Source: an uncultured Clostridia bacterium (GTDB lineage Bacteria; Bacillota; Clostridia; TANB77; CAG-508). Taken from it: a stretch of DNA of 64,000 nucleotides. The position numbers and the translations under genes were made by a program. Of the stretch, positions 32,208 to 43,244 are shown piece by piece. The stretch lies in the NCBI GenBank assembly GCA_948875265.1, contig CAQRYF010000002.1, forward strand, positions 2,628-66,627, written 5' to 3'. The notes below the pieces were generated by a model. It did no database searches and was not told the DNA's origin. It saw nothing but the letters and a program-made list of their open reading frames with translations. Position 1 is the stretch's first letter. Each line of letters begins with the position of its first letter.

Positions 32208-33417
32208 CTTTCTCTCCTATACCTATTTCTTCTATAATCTCTTCATAATAGTGTTCGACTGTATAATTTCTAGAGTTTTCTATTCCTGCTTTTGACATAT
32301 TTTCTTTTAATTTTGAATCTCTTAAAACTTTCAAAATCTCTTTAGCCAGATTTTCACTAAAATCTTGCCCCCTTTTTACTATAATAGCACTATTTTGTGT
32401 AACATATTCTTTAATCCCTCCTGCATCACTTATAATAAGTGGTGTTCCTGCTGCCTGTGCTTCAATTGCTACCCTACCTGCTGGTTCTTCCCATATAGAC
32501 GGAAAAACAATAACATTAGCCACTTTGTCCCATATTGGTATCTCATTATATTGTACAAATCCTATGAATTCAACTTTATCGCCCAATTTTCTTGATATTT
32601 CCATTATTTCTTTTTGAAAAGCATCTTTTGTATTTTGACTAAACCATTTACTTCCTATCACATATAATTTCCAATTCATGTCGCTTGGTAATTTTTCAAT
32701 TGAATATAGTAATTCTTTAATCCCTTTTTGTGGAACCATTCTTCCACTAAATAAAATAATTTGATTTTTGGAATTTATATTATATTTCTTCATTAATTGT
32801 TCTTTTTCTTGTTTTGTCACATTATAAAAACGTTCTACTTCTAAGCAATTTTTATTAATAAAGATCTTAGTCTGTTTCGCTTCCTCTATTGTTAAAACAC
32901 ATTTCTTTATATATTCACTATTAGTTATAATTCTATCACATGCATTCACAATTTGTCTGTTATGATAAATATCTTTATTTAAGAAATCATTATGCAATTG
33001 TAAACAAATTCTTGCTTTTGTTGCTTTAGATATAGGAACTACTAAATCTACTGCATTTTTAATTAATATTGCTTCATATTTTTCTTTCCTTAATATCGTT
33101 TGAATATATTTGGCATACCCTCTTCTGGTATTTATCTTAAATTTTATATTTAATTTTCTAAAGATATAATTTAAACTTCTTATTATAAAGTTCCTTATTT
33201 CTTCAATCTTATTTTCTTTATAATAATAAAAATCAGTTTCTTTATATTTCTTGCTTTTTTCTTCTGCTAATTTATCATAATATGAAAAAATATCTATATG
33301 AACTTTTTTCTTTTTTTCATTTTCATCTATGATTTGTTGTATTCCAGTTTCTACAGCGCCTCCTTTAATTGCTGGAATCGGTAAATTTGTTGGTGATATT
33401 ATTGCTAGCTTTTTCAT
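32200..33417 (-). CDS. glycosyltransferase family 4
   Basis: EX7E-type motif EPAGRVAIEAQAAGTPLI. Confidence 0.8.
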   Translation of the reverse strand: MKKLAIISPTNLPIPAIKGGAVETGIQQIIDENEKKKKVHIDIFSYYDKLAEEKSKKYKETDFYYYKENKIEEIRNFIIRSLNYIFRKLNIKFKINTRRGYAKYIQTILRKEKYEAILIKNAVDLVVPISKATKARICLQLHNDFLNKDIYHNRQIVNACDRIITNSEYIKKCVLTIEEAKQTKIFINKNCLEVERFYNVTKQEKEQLMKKYNINSKNQIILFSGRMVPQKGIKELLYSIEKLPSDMNWKLYVIGSKWFSQNTKDAFQKEIMEISRKLGDKVEFIGFVQYNEIPIWDKVANVIVFPSIWEEPAGRVAIEAQAAGTPLIISDAGGIKEYVTQNSAIIVKRGQDFSENLAKEILKVLRDSKLKENMSKAGIENSRNYTVEHYYEEIIEEIGIGEKDE

Positions 33418-34585
33418 TTTTTTTCCTCCTATAAACTATATTTATGCTTAATCCCAGCCATAAGAAAAATAATGAACTTCTCAAATAACTTGAGCTTACC
33501 ATAAGTCTTATTATTTCTGTTGAAAATATAATAATTAATAATTCTCTTTCTATCGTATTTGACTTTATTAATGATTTTATTAACAAATATAATAAATAGA
33601 AAAGAATTATACTTCCTATAACATAACCATATTGAACCATTATCTCAATAATGAAATTATGAGGATAAGCACTTCCCATATCTTTTTGCATTACTAATTC
33701 ATTAATTTTTATTCTTTCTACCCCTATTCCTGTTCCTATTAAAGGTTGTTCTTTCAATTGCTCTATTGCTACATCTTGTATTTTTCCTCTTCCTGTATCA
33801 TCAACAATGGATCCATCTCTTATTTTATATAAAGTTCTACTATTTATATCATAATGATGACATATTTGAATTAAACTGGTCAAAATACTATTATAATTAT
33901 AAAATACTAAAAATGTTGCAAGTATCAATATAATAATGATTAGCTTATTTTTCTTAAAATTACTCATTAAATATAAAATAATATAAGATGCTATACATAA
34001 TAGTGGACCTCTTGAACCTATTCCCAATATAATAAAAACTGAAATTATAGCACTTAGTAAATATTTTATACTTTTTTCTTTCAAGAAAAAATAAATAGAT
34101 ATTATAGTAATTGGTAAAATCGAATACGAAATTTCCATATTTCCAGACATTGTTCTTCCTGTACTATAACAATAAACAATCAATAAAATATTAGAAAACC
34201 ATGATAAGACAAAGATCTTCTTAAATCCTTGCAAAATGATATTAAAGTCATTTACATATATTCCTACTATAAACCATGGAAATGCACAACATAGTAACAT
34301 AAATACCATACCTGACCAATTATATATATAGTCTATATATCCCAGAAAACTATAAACCAAAAACACCCCAAAAAATAAAATAATAGTCCAAATTGCTTTT
34401 TTCTTAAATTTATTGAAATATTTTACTCCTACTAAAAAGAAAACAGCAATTATAATTGCAAATATATAGTGACTTTTTGTCCCTAATATTAAATTTAAAA
34501 TATAGTAAATTGGTATAAACATAATATAAAAATTGATAAACCTTGATAAGTATCTATCTTTTTTCAATTCAAACTCTTCCTTCAT
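33365..34585 (-). CDS. O-antigen/oligosaccharide polymerase (Wzy-like)
   Basis: Polytopic membrane protein in cps locus. Confidence 0.6.
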   Translation of the reverse strand: MKEEFELKKDRYLSRFINFYIMFIPIYYILNLILGTKSHYIFAIIIAVFFLVGVKYFNKFKKKAIWTIILFFGVFLVYSFLGYIDYIYNWSGMVFMLLCCAFPWFIVGIYVNDFNIILQGFKKIFVLSWFSNILLIVYCYSTGRTMSGNMEISYSILPITIISIYFFLKEKSIKYLLSAIISVFIILGIGSRGPLLCIASYIILYLMSNFKKNKLIIIILILATFLVFYNYNSILTSLIQICHHYDINSRTLYKIRDGSIVDDTGRGKIQDVAIEQLKEQPLIGTGIGVERIKINELVMQKDMGSAYPHNFIIEIMVQYGYVIGSIILFYLLYLLIKSLIKSNTIERELLIIIFSTEIIRLMVSSSYLRSSLFFLWLGLSINIVYRRKKNEKASNNITNKFTDSSN

Positions 34586-34603
34586 TAATCTCCCCTATAT
34601 CTT

Positions 34604-35650
34604 CTAAACTACCTCTTCAATGAATTTTTTCATAGCCATTTCTGGACTATATTTATAAGCTTCCTTAATACAGTTATATTTCATTTTTATTAGCTCATCC
34701 TGATTTTTATAAATTTCTATCAATTTATTCGCCACTTCTTCTGAATCTTTAATTTTAACTTTATAGCCAGTAAATCCATCTTCTAAAATGTCAAAGTTAT
34801 AATTCCAATTTGAAGCAATAACTGGTAATCCAGAGCAAAAAGCATCTATTATTGTTCCTGGAAATCCCTCACCTTTCCAATATGTTAAAAACAACATAAT
34901 GTCATATTTCTTCAATGTAGTAATTGCCTCTTTCGAATTAACACATCCCCTATAGCAAATAAATTCAGGCAAATCTTTTCTTATATTTTCAAATTCTTCT
35001 ATATATTCTTTGTCAATCTCTCCATATATATCAAGTTCAAAAATATTAGATTTCATTTTTTCATTAGCAATCTTAATAGCTTGTATACTTTCTTCTATTC
35101 CTTTTGCTTTATTTACTCTTGAAAATGTGCATACTTTAATTTTATTTTTATTTGTATCATTTTTGATTTCTTTTTTTTCTATTGGTTTTACATTTTTAAA
35201 ATTCGGAATTATTTCTACATTATTTATTCCGCGTTTCTGATATTCTTCTTCTATTTTTCCTGTTTCTACATATATTTTATTAACTTTCCTAGCCATTTTC
35301 TTTATGAATTTATTTTTATCAAAAATCTCGTATCTAGAACCACCAATAACAAAATCAAATATTTTCCTCTTATAAAAAATATTAAAAAAATTAATAATTG
35401 GAAGTAATATGCAATACCCCCTACTTGATACAATAAGAATCACATTTTGACTATTCTTTATAATATTATAAGTTTTCATTATTATTTTTATCGGATTTCT
35501 ATTATTTTTGTATGTATCAAATTTCAATGTTTCTTCTCCATAATATTGTTCTATATATTTGTTGATTTCTTTCGTCTTTACAGTTTGTCCATCCATTCTA
35601 TTTCCATTTATACAAAAATGTCCTATTATTCCTATTTTTCTAGTTTTCAC
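34604..35650 (-). CDS. glycosyltransferase family 4
   Basis: GEGFPGTIIDAFCSGLPVIAS. Confidence 0.75.
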   Translation of the reverse strand: MKTRKIGIIGHFCINGNRMDGQTVKTKEINKYIEQYYGEETLKFDTYKNNRNPIKIIMKTYNIIKNSQNVILIVSSRGYCILLPIINFFNIFYKRKIFDFVIGGSRYEIFDKNKFIKKMARKVNKIYVETGKIEEEYQKRGINNVEIIPNFKNVKPIEKKEIKNDTNKNKIKVCTFSRVNKAKGIEESIQAIKIANEKMKSNIFELDIYGEIDKEYIEEFENIRKDLPEFICYRGCVNSKEAITTLKKYDIMLFLTYWKGEGFPGTIIDAFCSGLPVIASNWNYNFDILEDGFTGYKVKIKDSEEVANKLIEIYKNQDELIKMKYNCIKEAYKYSPEMAMKKFIEEVV

Positions 35651-35684
35651 TTTTATCTCCTATTACCACTTTTTTTCGTAATCT

Positions 35685-36545
35685 TTATAATTTTAACATA
35701 TTTCCTAATATTTTATTTCCCTCTTTACTATAATATGGAGCACAACAACAAGCTGGTGTAAAAGTTAATTCTCCAAAAATTATCTTTCCTTTGTCTTCAT
35801 ACAAATCTACTCTTACAAAAGGGAAATCACTAGATAGTTTTTCAGCATATTCAACCATCTTGGTTAAATTGTTTGGTTTTTCAATATCTTTAATAGAACT
35901 CCATTTTTTCTTTTCAAATTCTATTCTATTCCAATTCATATCATAATAACTTAACTTAAGCTTTTTATCTCTTTCTGAACAAACTAATATACACTCTGCT
36001 TTCCCATTGAAACAATATATTTTATAATCTAATGGCATTTCATCATTTTCATCACACAAATATTTTTCTGCTATAATTCTAGGTTTTATTTTAGTATAAT
36101 GTAATTCTTGTGTTGCATAACCATATTTTTCTTTCATCCAAGCATTTAATTTATTTTTTGTTTTCTCTATATTTAATTTTTTCTTATTTCTACATATAAC
36201 ATTATATGCACATCCATGTGTACACTTTAGTGCAAACTTTTCAGGAAGTGTTTCAAAATTTATTTTTTCTATGTCATCATAAACTCCATAAAATTCATTT
36301 AATATTTCTTTGCAACCTTTTTCTTTTACATATTGCCTGACAGCATATTTATCAGATAAAATTGATATTTTGTCTTTTTTATTATAATTTTCTAATTTCA
36401 ATTTTGTCATTTTTTCGTTAAAATTTTTAGGATTCTTTAAATTCGGAATTTCTTTTGTTCTATATATGTATAAAATAATAGCACTAAACTTGGGGGATAT
36501 CTTCGTTAATATTTCAAATATTCTTTTTCCTATTTTATTTATCAT
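35685..36545 (-). CDS. TupA-like ATP-grasp protein
   Basis: Resemblance to the ATP-grasp amidoligase family found in teichuronic acid and capsule loci. Confidence 0.5.
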   Translation of the reverse strand: MINKIGKRIFEILTKISPKFSAIILYIYRTKEIPNLKNPKNFNEKMTKLKLENYNKKDKISILSDKYAVRQYVKEKGCKEILNEFYGVYDDIEKINFETLPEKFALKCTHGCAYNVICRNKKKLNIEKTKNKLNAWMKEKYGYATQELHYTKIKPRIIAEKYLCDENDEMPLDYKIYCFNGKAECILVCSERDKKLKLSYYDMNWNRIEFEKKKWSSIKDIEKPNNLTKMVEYAEKLSSDFPFVRVDLYEDKGKIIFGELTFTPACCCAPYYSKEGNKILGNMLKL

Positions 36546-37310
36546 TTATATTCTCCTTTTTATTGCATTAAAACAATACCAACAAAAATTATAGAAACTG
36601 TAAAACACATTTAAATGTTCTACGTTTCTATATAAATTCCATGTTCTTTTTAATGCTTTTAGTTTATTTGCTGATAAAGAATCATTTGTCCTTCTGTAAT
36701 AAGATAACACTTCGTTTATTCCATAAGCACTATCAATTTGCTTTAAAACTTTCCACCATGTTGCAGTATCTTGACCTCTTTTTACATTTGGCATTTGAAT
36801 TAATTCTTTACCTAATTTATCAACATCAAAAACAACTGTTGAAGTCCATATTGTAGTATTTTTCAACGCTTGTTTATAATTTATCTTTTCTGGAACATTC
36901 ACGATTTTTCCATTACCTTTTCCATTTTCATCTGCAAATTCATATCCTGTAAAACTAAATGCACAATATTTTTCTTGCATAAATTTTATTTGTTTTTCTA
37001 ATTTTTCCTTATTCCATAAATCGTCAGCATCTAGAAAAGCTATATATTTTCCTTTTGCTTGTTCTATTCCAGTATTTCTTGCTATCGCTGCTCCCGAATT
37101 ATTTTCTAAATTAATTAGTTTTATTCTTTTATCTTTATTCTCATATTCCTCTATTACTTTTTTACTATTATCTATTGAACAATCATTTATTAATAATAAC
37201 TCCCAATTTTTATATGTTTGTTCTTTTACTGTTTTTATAGTCTCATTCATAAACTTTTCACTATTATACACTGGAACTATAATACTTACTAAATCCTCTT
37301 CCATTTTCAC
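36546..37310 (-). CDS. glycosyltransferase family 2
   Basis: DxD (DADD) and GT-A fold N-terminus. Confidence 0.8.
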   Translation of the reverse strand: MKMEEDLVSIIVPVYNSEKFMNETIKTVKEQTYKNWELLLINDCSIDNSKKVIEEYENKDKRIKLINLENNSGAAIARNTGIEQAKGKYIAFLDADDLWNKEKLEKQIKFMQEKYCAFSFTGYEFADENGKGNGKIVNVPEKINYKQALKNTTIWTSTVVFDVDKLGKELIQMPNVKRGQDTATWWKVLKQIDSAYGINEVLSYYRRTNDSLSANKLKALKRTWNLYRNVEHLNVFYSFYNFCWYCFNAIKRRI

Positions 37311-37958
37311 CTATATAACTTCCTTATATGTATTTTCTTCTAAACTAATTTTCCTAGTTCTTAATTCTTTAATCTCTTCTTTTATTCCATTTTCTGTTAT
37401 TTCAGCATTCGCCTTAGAAAACACTGTCTTGATTGTTTCTAATATTAATTTAACATCTTGTTTAAAACTAATATTGTCTACATATTGTAAATCATAATCT
37501 ATCTTTTTAAATATATTAATTCCATTTCTTCCTCTCACTTGTGCTAATCCAGAAATTCCAGGTAAAACTTCAACTCTTCTTTTTTGTTCTTCTGTAAACC
37601 ATACATAGTATTCTGGTATCCATGGTCTTGGTCCTATAAAGCTCATTTCACCTTTTATTATATTAAATAATTGTGGCAATTCATCTAAGCTTGTCTTTCT
37701 TATAATTTTTCCAACTTTTGTAACCATTTCATCATGTGACAAATTACTATGTAATTCTTCTCTTTTTGTTTTCATTGATCTAAATTTATATGTATCAAAT
37801 TCTTTAAATCCTTTTCCCATTCTTCTAGATTTATATATAACTGGTCCACCATCTTCTAGTTTTATACAAACTGCAACAATTGCCATTAGAATTGCAAGAA
37901 CAATTAATATCATAGTAGCTACTATAATATCTAATACTCTTTTTATCTTTACGTACAT
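37311..37958 (-). CDS. undecaprenyl-phosphate sugar phosphotransferase (bacterial sugar transferase, WbaP/CpsE C-domain type)
   Basis: FIGPRPWIPEY motif; N-terminal TM. Confidence 0.8.
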   Translation of the reverse strand: MYVKIKRVLDIIVATMILIVLAILMAIVAVCIKLEDGGPVIYKSRRMGKGFKEFDTYKFRSMKTKREELHSNLSHDEMVTKVGKIIRKTSLDELPQLFNIIKGEMSFIGPRPWIPEYYVWFTEEQKRRVEVLPGISGLAQVRGRNGINIFKKIDYDLQYVDNISFKQDVKLILETIKTVFSKANAEITENGIKEEIKELRTRKISLEENTYKEVI

Positions 37959-38188
37959 TTTGACTTCCCCTTTTCTATGTGTTTTATAAATTTTGCTACT
38001 CCATTTAATTTCAAAATATAAACTTCATTCCTTATTATTACACACAAATTAATTATACTCCTTTATGTCGCTTTATGCAATACAATTTTACTTTTTTTTC
38101 GTCTTTTTGCTGTTAAAACATTTACATAAAATAAAGTACTATAACTACTTTCTATAAAAGTAGTTATAGTACTTTATTTTTAATATTC

Positions 38189-38671
38189 TTATTCTTTTAT
38201 ATCTATTTTATTTGTTGTCTTTTTATATATTTCTAACAATGTTAATAATACTAATATTCCCAATAACACTCCCATCGCGTCTATTATAACATCTGTTATC
38301 TGACCAGACCTTCCTGGAATGAATAACTGATGAACTTCATCTGAAGTAGCATATAAAATCCCCATACACAAACTAATTATAATTCTTATATTTTCTTTTA
38401 ATTTATATGTACTTACAAATGACATTAGTAATAATCCCACCAATGTATAAATAGAAAAATGTGCTATCTTTCGAATAACAATCTCTGTTTTCTTAAAAAT
38501 TTCCTCTTGATTTTGTATATCATCATAATTCATTTTTTCCAATATGAATTTTGTTATATTACTGCTCAATTCTCCTGATTTCTCTCCATTTTGGCTAGAA
38601 AAACCAAATATCATATAAAATGTCCCTAATAACAATATTAGTAATATTATCCTTAAAAAATTTATTTTCAT
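38189..38671 (-). CDS. VanZ-like family membrane protein
   Basis: VanZ-like TM topology, 160 aa. Confidence 0.65.
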   Translation of the reverse strand: MKINFLRIILLILLLGTFYMIFGFSSQNGEKSGELSSNITKFILEKMNYDDIQNQEEIFKKTEIVIRKIAHFSIYTLVGLLLMSFVSTYKLKENIRIIISLCMGILYATSDEVHQLFIPGRSGQITDVIIDAMGVLLGILVLLTLLEIYKKTTNKIDIKE

Positions 38672-38680
38672 TTTTCTCCT

Positions 38681-39673
38681 TTATTTAGCATATCCTGTCT
38701 TAGTAACAATACTATTACTTATTTGTTTTACTGTATCTGAAGGTATATAATTCTCTTCATTGAAAACTCTTTGATGTAAATTTGTCACATTACTTTCTAA
38801 GGTAATTGGAATTCCATACCACCTGTCTAATGTTATTCCTTTTGTTTCATATGGCCATCCAATACTTTCTGTGATTTTAAAGCTTGGTACATTTGGCATT
38901 AAACTAAACATTTCACTTGCAGATATATTTGTATATACTCTTGGCAATACTTGGTCAATAAAAACATTCAATTGGCTAATATTAAAAGTTTTTACTTTAT
39001 TTGCAACAGCTGTTAACACATCTCTCATTCTTTCTGTCCTTTTATAATCTCCTCCTGTTGCATATCTAATTCTAGCATATGCTAATGCTTGTTCACCTGT
39101 TAAATTATATGTACCTGCTGTTGTAATTCCTGGTATATGTGATACTTCTTCTGAAGTAATAGTCATACGTATACCACCTATACTATCTATAATTTCTTTT
39201 ACAGCATCAAAATTAACTGTTACAAATTCCTTAATATTTAAATCTAAATTAGTATTTAAAGTCTTAATAGCAAGTGGAGCTTCACCATAAGAATAAGCAT
39301 GTGTTATCTTGTCAAGTCCATGACCTTCAATTTGCACATAAGTATCTCTGTATACTGATACTAATTTAACCTCTTTTGTTTTATTATTAATACTTGCTAT
39401 AATAATACAATCACTTCTATTTCCTTTATTATAATTGTCAGATCTCGAATCTATTCCAAATATAGCAATATTTCTATAATCTGCTAAGTTTTTTTCTACA
39501 TCTGCTGAAACACTTAAATCATCTTCGTTTAAATCAACTTGTTGGATTTTTCCTAGTTTGCTATTAACAAACCAGAATGTTCCTCCTATAATAATGGCTA
39601 GAATTATTATTAATACTAATACAATAATTCCAAATGCTTTTAATCCCTTTTTTTGTTTTCTTTCTTTTGACAT
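38681..39673 (-). CDS. LCP (LytR-CpsA-Psr) family protein
   Basis: N-terminal TM plus LCP domain blocks (DSR...R...D). Confidence 0.8.
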   Translation of the reverse strand: MSKERKQKKGLKAFGIIVLVLIIILAIIIGGTFWFVNSKLGKIQQVDLNEDDLSVSADVEKNLADYRNIAIFGIDSRSDNYNKGNRSDCIIIASINNKTKEVKLVSVYRDTYVQIEGHGLDKITHAYSYGEAPLAIKTLNTNLDLNIKEFVTVNFDAVKEIIDSIGGIRMTITSEEVSHIPGITTAGTYNLTGEQALAYARIRYATGGDYKRTERMRDVLTAVANKVKTFNISQLNVFIDQVLPRVYTNISASEMFSLMPNVPSFKITESIGWPYETKGITLDRWYGIPITLESNVTNLHQRVFNEENYIPSDTVKQISNSIVTKTGYAK

Positions 39674-39697
39674 TTTTTCACTCCTATATTTTCTTTT

Positions 39698-40483
39698 TTA
39701 TTTTCCTGGTACTGCTAAAACAAGTTTATTATATTCGTTTAATTTAGCTTGGTCATAAAACATTATTTGTTTTCCTTTTAATATCCAAGATGATTTATTC
39801 TCGCTCAAAAAGTTTACAATATTGTTTAGATAATCAAATGATTCTGATATAGTTGTTTTTGCGTTTTCTAAATCTGTTAGAGTATCATTCAATTCCTTCC
39901 CTGCTTGTTCATCAGTTGCTAACTGTTTGTATAATTCTTTATAATAATCACTTACTGATTTATCATCAATTGCTGATAATAACTTTTCTTCATTACATAA
40001 TTCTATAAATTTATCAATATACTCTTCTCCAGTTTTTTTCATTTCAGCTATTTTTGCTTTTGTTTCTATAAAATCTGGTCCATCATTTTTAATATTTTCT
40101 ATTGAAACTATATTTTCTAATGTTTCTTCATCATATATATTTTCTGCTTCTTTAGCTAATGTTAAAGTTTCATTTAAGTAATTCTTTAAAGTTTCTTCTA
40201 CTACTGCATACCCACCTTTTGTTTTAATTCCCATGTCTATTTGAGCATCATTATTTATAGTTCCATCATCATTTACAATTTTTGTCGCAACTACTTTTTG
40301 TGTTTCTGTAGTTAATAATGCAACTTGTTGGCCATGATATGCAAAAAATCCAATTACTGCTATAGCAATAATTGCAACAACTACTATAATTCCTATTATA
40401 ATTCCTTTATTACTCTTTTTATTTTTGTTTTCTTTTACCTCTACTTTTTCATCTTTTTCTTCTTTCATAATAACCCCCCTCAT
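39698..40483 (-). CDS. membrane-anchored hypothetical protein
   Basis: Single N-terminal TM then soluble domain. Confidence 0.45.
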   Translation of the reverse strand: MRGVIMKEEKDEKVEVKENKNKKSNKGIIIGIIVVVAIIAIAVIGFFAYHGQQVALLTTETQKVVATKIVNDDGTINNDAQIDMGIKTKGGYAVVEETLKNYLNETLTLAKEAENIYDEETLENIVSIENIKNDGPDFIETKAKIAEMKKTGEEYIDKFIELCNEEKLLSAIDDKSVSDYYKELYKQLATDEQAGKELNDTLTDLENAKTTISESFDYLNNIVNFLSENKSSWILKGKQIMFYDQAKLNEYNKLVLAVPGK

Positions 40484-40639
40484 ATAAAAATATTATTTCA
40501 GTTATTTTTCTTTAACTTTTTCATTTTTTATTATACTATTTTATACTTTTATTTACAAGTTTTTTAATAGATTTCATATAAAAATAAAGAAAGCACATAA
40601 CTTTGCACTCTCCTTATTGTTTATCTATGTTTTATTAAA

Positions 40640-41233
40640 TTATCCTATTCTAGTAATTCCGTTTTCCTTTTCTAATCTAGCTATTTGATAAGAAAATTGT
40701 TTATGTTCAACATTATTTTGTAACATAAATTGATCTATCTTATAATTAATCTCTTTTCTAGTTCTTGTCTGTTCTCTTAATATTTGTGCCATATTGACAT
40801 TAGTCATAACATCTAGTTTATCATTAATTTTCTTTATTTCTGTCTTTATATCATCAATTTCATTTACCTTTTCTTTTATAGCATCAATTTCGTTTACTTT
40901 CTCTTTTATATCATCAATTTGATTTACTTTTTCTTTTATGGCATCTATTTTGCTTACCTTTTCTTTTATGGCATCAATTTGATTTACTTTTTCTTTTATG
41001 GCATCTATTTCATTTACTTTCTCTTTTATATCATCTATTTGATTTATTTTTTCTTTTATGGCATCTATTTCATTTACTTTCTCTTCTATCGCATCTATTT
41101 TGCTTACCTTTTCTTTTATAGCATCTATTTCATTTACTTTCTCTTCTATTGTATCTATTTTGCTTACTTTCTCTTTTACATCAGTAAATTCTGCTTGCAT
41201 TTTATCCCATAATTCATCTATTTGCATATACAT
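40640..41233 (-). CDS. repeat protein with ~12 tandem 11-aa units (IDAIKEKVNE[I/Q])
   Basis: 33-bp DNA tandem repeats in frame. Confidence 0.55.
   Translation of the reverse strand: MYMQIDELWDKMQAEFTDVKEKVSKIDTIEEKVNEIDAIKEKVSKIDAIEEKVNEIDAIKEKINQIDDIKEKVNEIDAIKEKVNQIDAIKEKVSKIDAIKEKVNQIDDIKEKVNEIDAIKEKVNEIDDIKTEIKKINDKLDVMTNVNMAQILREQTRTRKEINYKIDQFMLQNNVEHKQFSYQIARLEKENGITRIG
40820..41200. repeat. tandem 33-bp coding repeats
   Basis: Units such as atcaatttcatttaccttttcttttatagc are visible. Confidence 0.8.
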
Positions 41234-41509
41234 TACCTCCTTTTTTGAAATTTATATATAAGTTACTATAATTCTCTCATATAATGAATTAAAAATATTT
41301 TTGATTTAAAATAGTTAGAATAAAATAATATTAGAAATAAAATTTATCTAAATATTTTACATTAATAAAAACATAGATAAACTATGCACATATATTAACA
41401 TGTCTATCTATGTTTTTCAAATCTATATTTTACCATTTTTATATAAATTTTATCTATTTCCTTCGTTTTATTTCCTTTTTCTTCCTTTTTTTAATTAATT
41501 TATAAATTT

Positions 41510-43219
41510 TTACATTTTATTTGGCATTTCTATTCCAAGTAACTCTGCTCCAATTTTTAGTATTTTTCCTACTGCATATGTTAAATATATTCTAGCATTT
41601 TGTATATCTATATCTTCTACAATTATTTTATTTTCATTATAAAAACTACTAAAAGCTTTCGCCAAATCTATTAAATATCTAGAAAGAATTGATGGTTCTT
41701 CTTTTTTAGTAACTTGAATTAAAGTATCTTCAAAATCATATAATAGTCTTATTACTTTTTGTGAATATTCATCTAACAATGCTTCTACTTTTACCTCAAA
41801 TATTTCAGGTGTCTTTTCTACTCTTTCCAAAACACTTTTTGTACGTACATATGTATATTGAATATATGGTCCAGTTTCTCCTTGAAAGTTTAATATTTGA
41901 TTCCAGTCAAATATTTCATCTTTAACCCTACTATTAGCCAAATCATTAAATATTACTGCTCCAATTCCAACTTTTTTTGCAACTTCTTCTTTATTCTCTA
42001 ATTCTGGATTTTTTTGTTCTATAATTTCTTCTGCTCTTTGTATAGCTTCATTTAATAAATCTTCTAATTTTACTATATTACCTTCCCTTGTTGACATTTT
42101 ACCTGTTGGTAATAACACCATTCCAAATGATATGTGATTTAATCCTTTTATATATTTTTCATCTAATCCCAATAATTTCGCTACTTCAAATACTTGCTTA
42201 AAATGTAAAACTTGTTCATATGAAGTTACATATAAGGCTTTATCAAAATCGTATGTTCTTGCCCTATACATAATTGCTGCTAAATCTCTTGTAGCATAAG
42301 TAGTTGATCCATTTGTTTTTTCTATTATACATGGTGTATTTATTCCGCTTTCTTCTAAATCTATAACTCTTGCACCTTGTGATTCTACTAATTTACCTGT
42401 ACTTTCTAAAATATCTATTATTTCAGGCATTTTATCAGAATAAAAAGCTTCTCCATTCCATGAATCAAACTTACTTCCTAATAAATCATAAACTTTTTGA
42501 AATTCTTTTAAACTTAAATCTCTAAATCTTTTCCAGATTTCAACACAATATGAATCTCCATCTTCTAATTTCTTAAAATTATTTCTACATGCTTCTAATA
42601 CTTCTTCATCTTCTTTACAAAGATTATTTATTCTAATATATATTTTTGTTAATTCATTTATTGGATCTTTTTCAATATCATATTCTTGTCCCCATAATTT
42701 GTATCCTTCAATTAGTTTTCCAAATTGTGTTCCATAGTCTCCTAAATGATTTACGCCTATCACATTATATCCTAGATGTTTATATATATTATACAAAGCT
42801 CCTCCAATTACTGTTGAACGTAAGTGTCCAATATGAAATGGTTTTGCAATATTAGGTGCTGAATAATCAATTACAATATTTTTTCCATTTCCTAAGCTTG
42901 ATTTTCCATAATCTTCACTATTAGCTACTTCACCTAATACTTCTTTAGTCATTAAACTTTTATTAACATAGAAATTTAAATATCCACCTGCTATATCTAT
43001 TTTTTCTATTATATTTTCATCTATTTGGATATTTTCTTTTATTTCACTTGCTATAACTTGTGGTGCCTTTTTTAGCTCTTTTGCTAATCTAAAACACGGA
43101 AATGCATAATCTCCATTATTAGAATCTTTTGGTGTTTCTATATATGTTTCTAATTCTTTTTCATTCAAATTTGTTTCTTTAGCTATAACTTTAGCTATTT
43201 CTTGTTTAAAATTTATCAT
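41510..43219 (-). CDS. argS: arginine--tRNA ligase
   Basis: HIGH-type motif PNIAKPFHIGH and class I fold, 569 aa. Confidence 0.9.
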   Translation of the reverse strand: MINFKQEIAKVIAKETNLNEKELETYIETPKDSNNGDYAFPCFRLAKELKKAPQVIASEIKENIQIDENIIEKIDIAGGYLNFYVNKSLMTKEVLGEVANSEDYGKSSLGNGKNIVIDYSAPNIAKPFHIGHLRSTVIGGALYNIYKHLGYNVIGVNHLGDYGTQFGKLIEGYKLWGQEYDIEKDPINELTKIYIRINNLCKEDEEVLEACRNNFKKLEDGDSYCVEIWKRFRDLSLKEFQKVYDLLGSKFDSWNGEAFYSDKMPEIIDILESTGKLVESQGARVIDLEESGINTPCIIEKTNGSTTYATRDLAAIMYRARTYDFDKALYVTSYEQVLHFKQVFEVAKLLGLDEKYIKGLNHISFGMVLLPTGKMSTREGNIVKLEDLLNEAIQRAEEIIEQKNPELENKEEVAKKVGIGAVIFNDLANSRVKDEIFDWNQILNFQGETGPYIQYTYVRTKSVLERVEKTPEIFEVKVEALLDEYSQKVIRLLYDFEDTLIQVTKKEEPSILSRYLIDLAKAFSSFYNENKIIVEDIDIQNARIYLTYAVGKILKIGAELLGIEMPNKM

Positions 43220-43244
43220 ACTTTCCTCCTATTATTTATATTTT

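Noticed and set aside
40820-41200. Possible CRISPR array (regular ~33-bp repeats)
   Set aside because: The units are contiguous with no spacers and are in frame within an ORF encoding an 11-aa peptide repeat.
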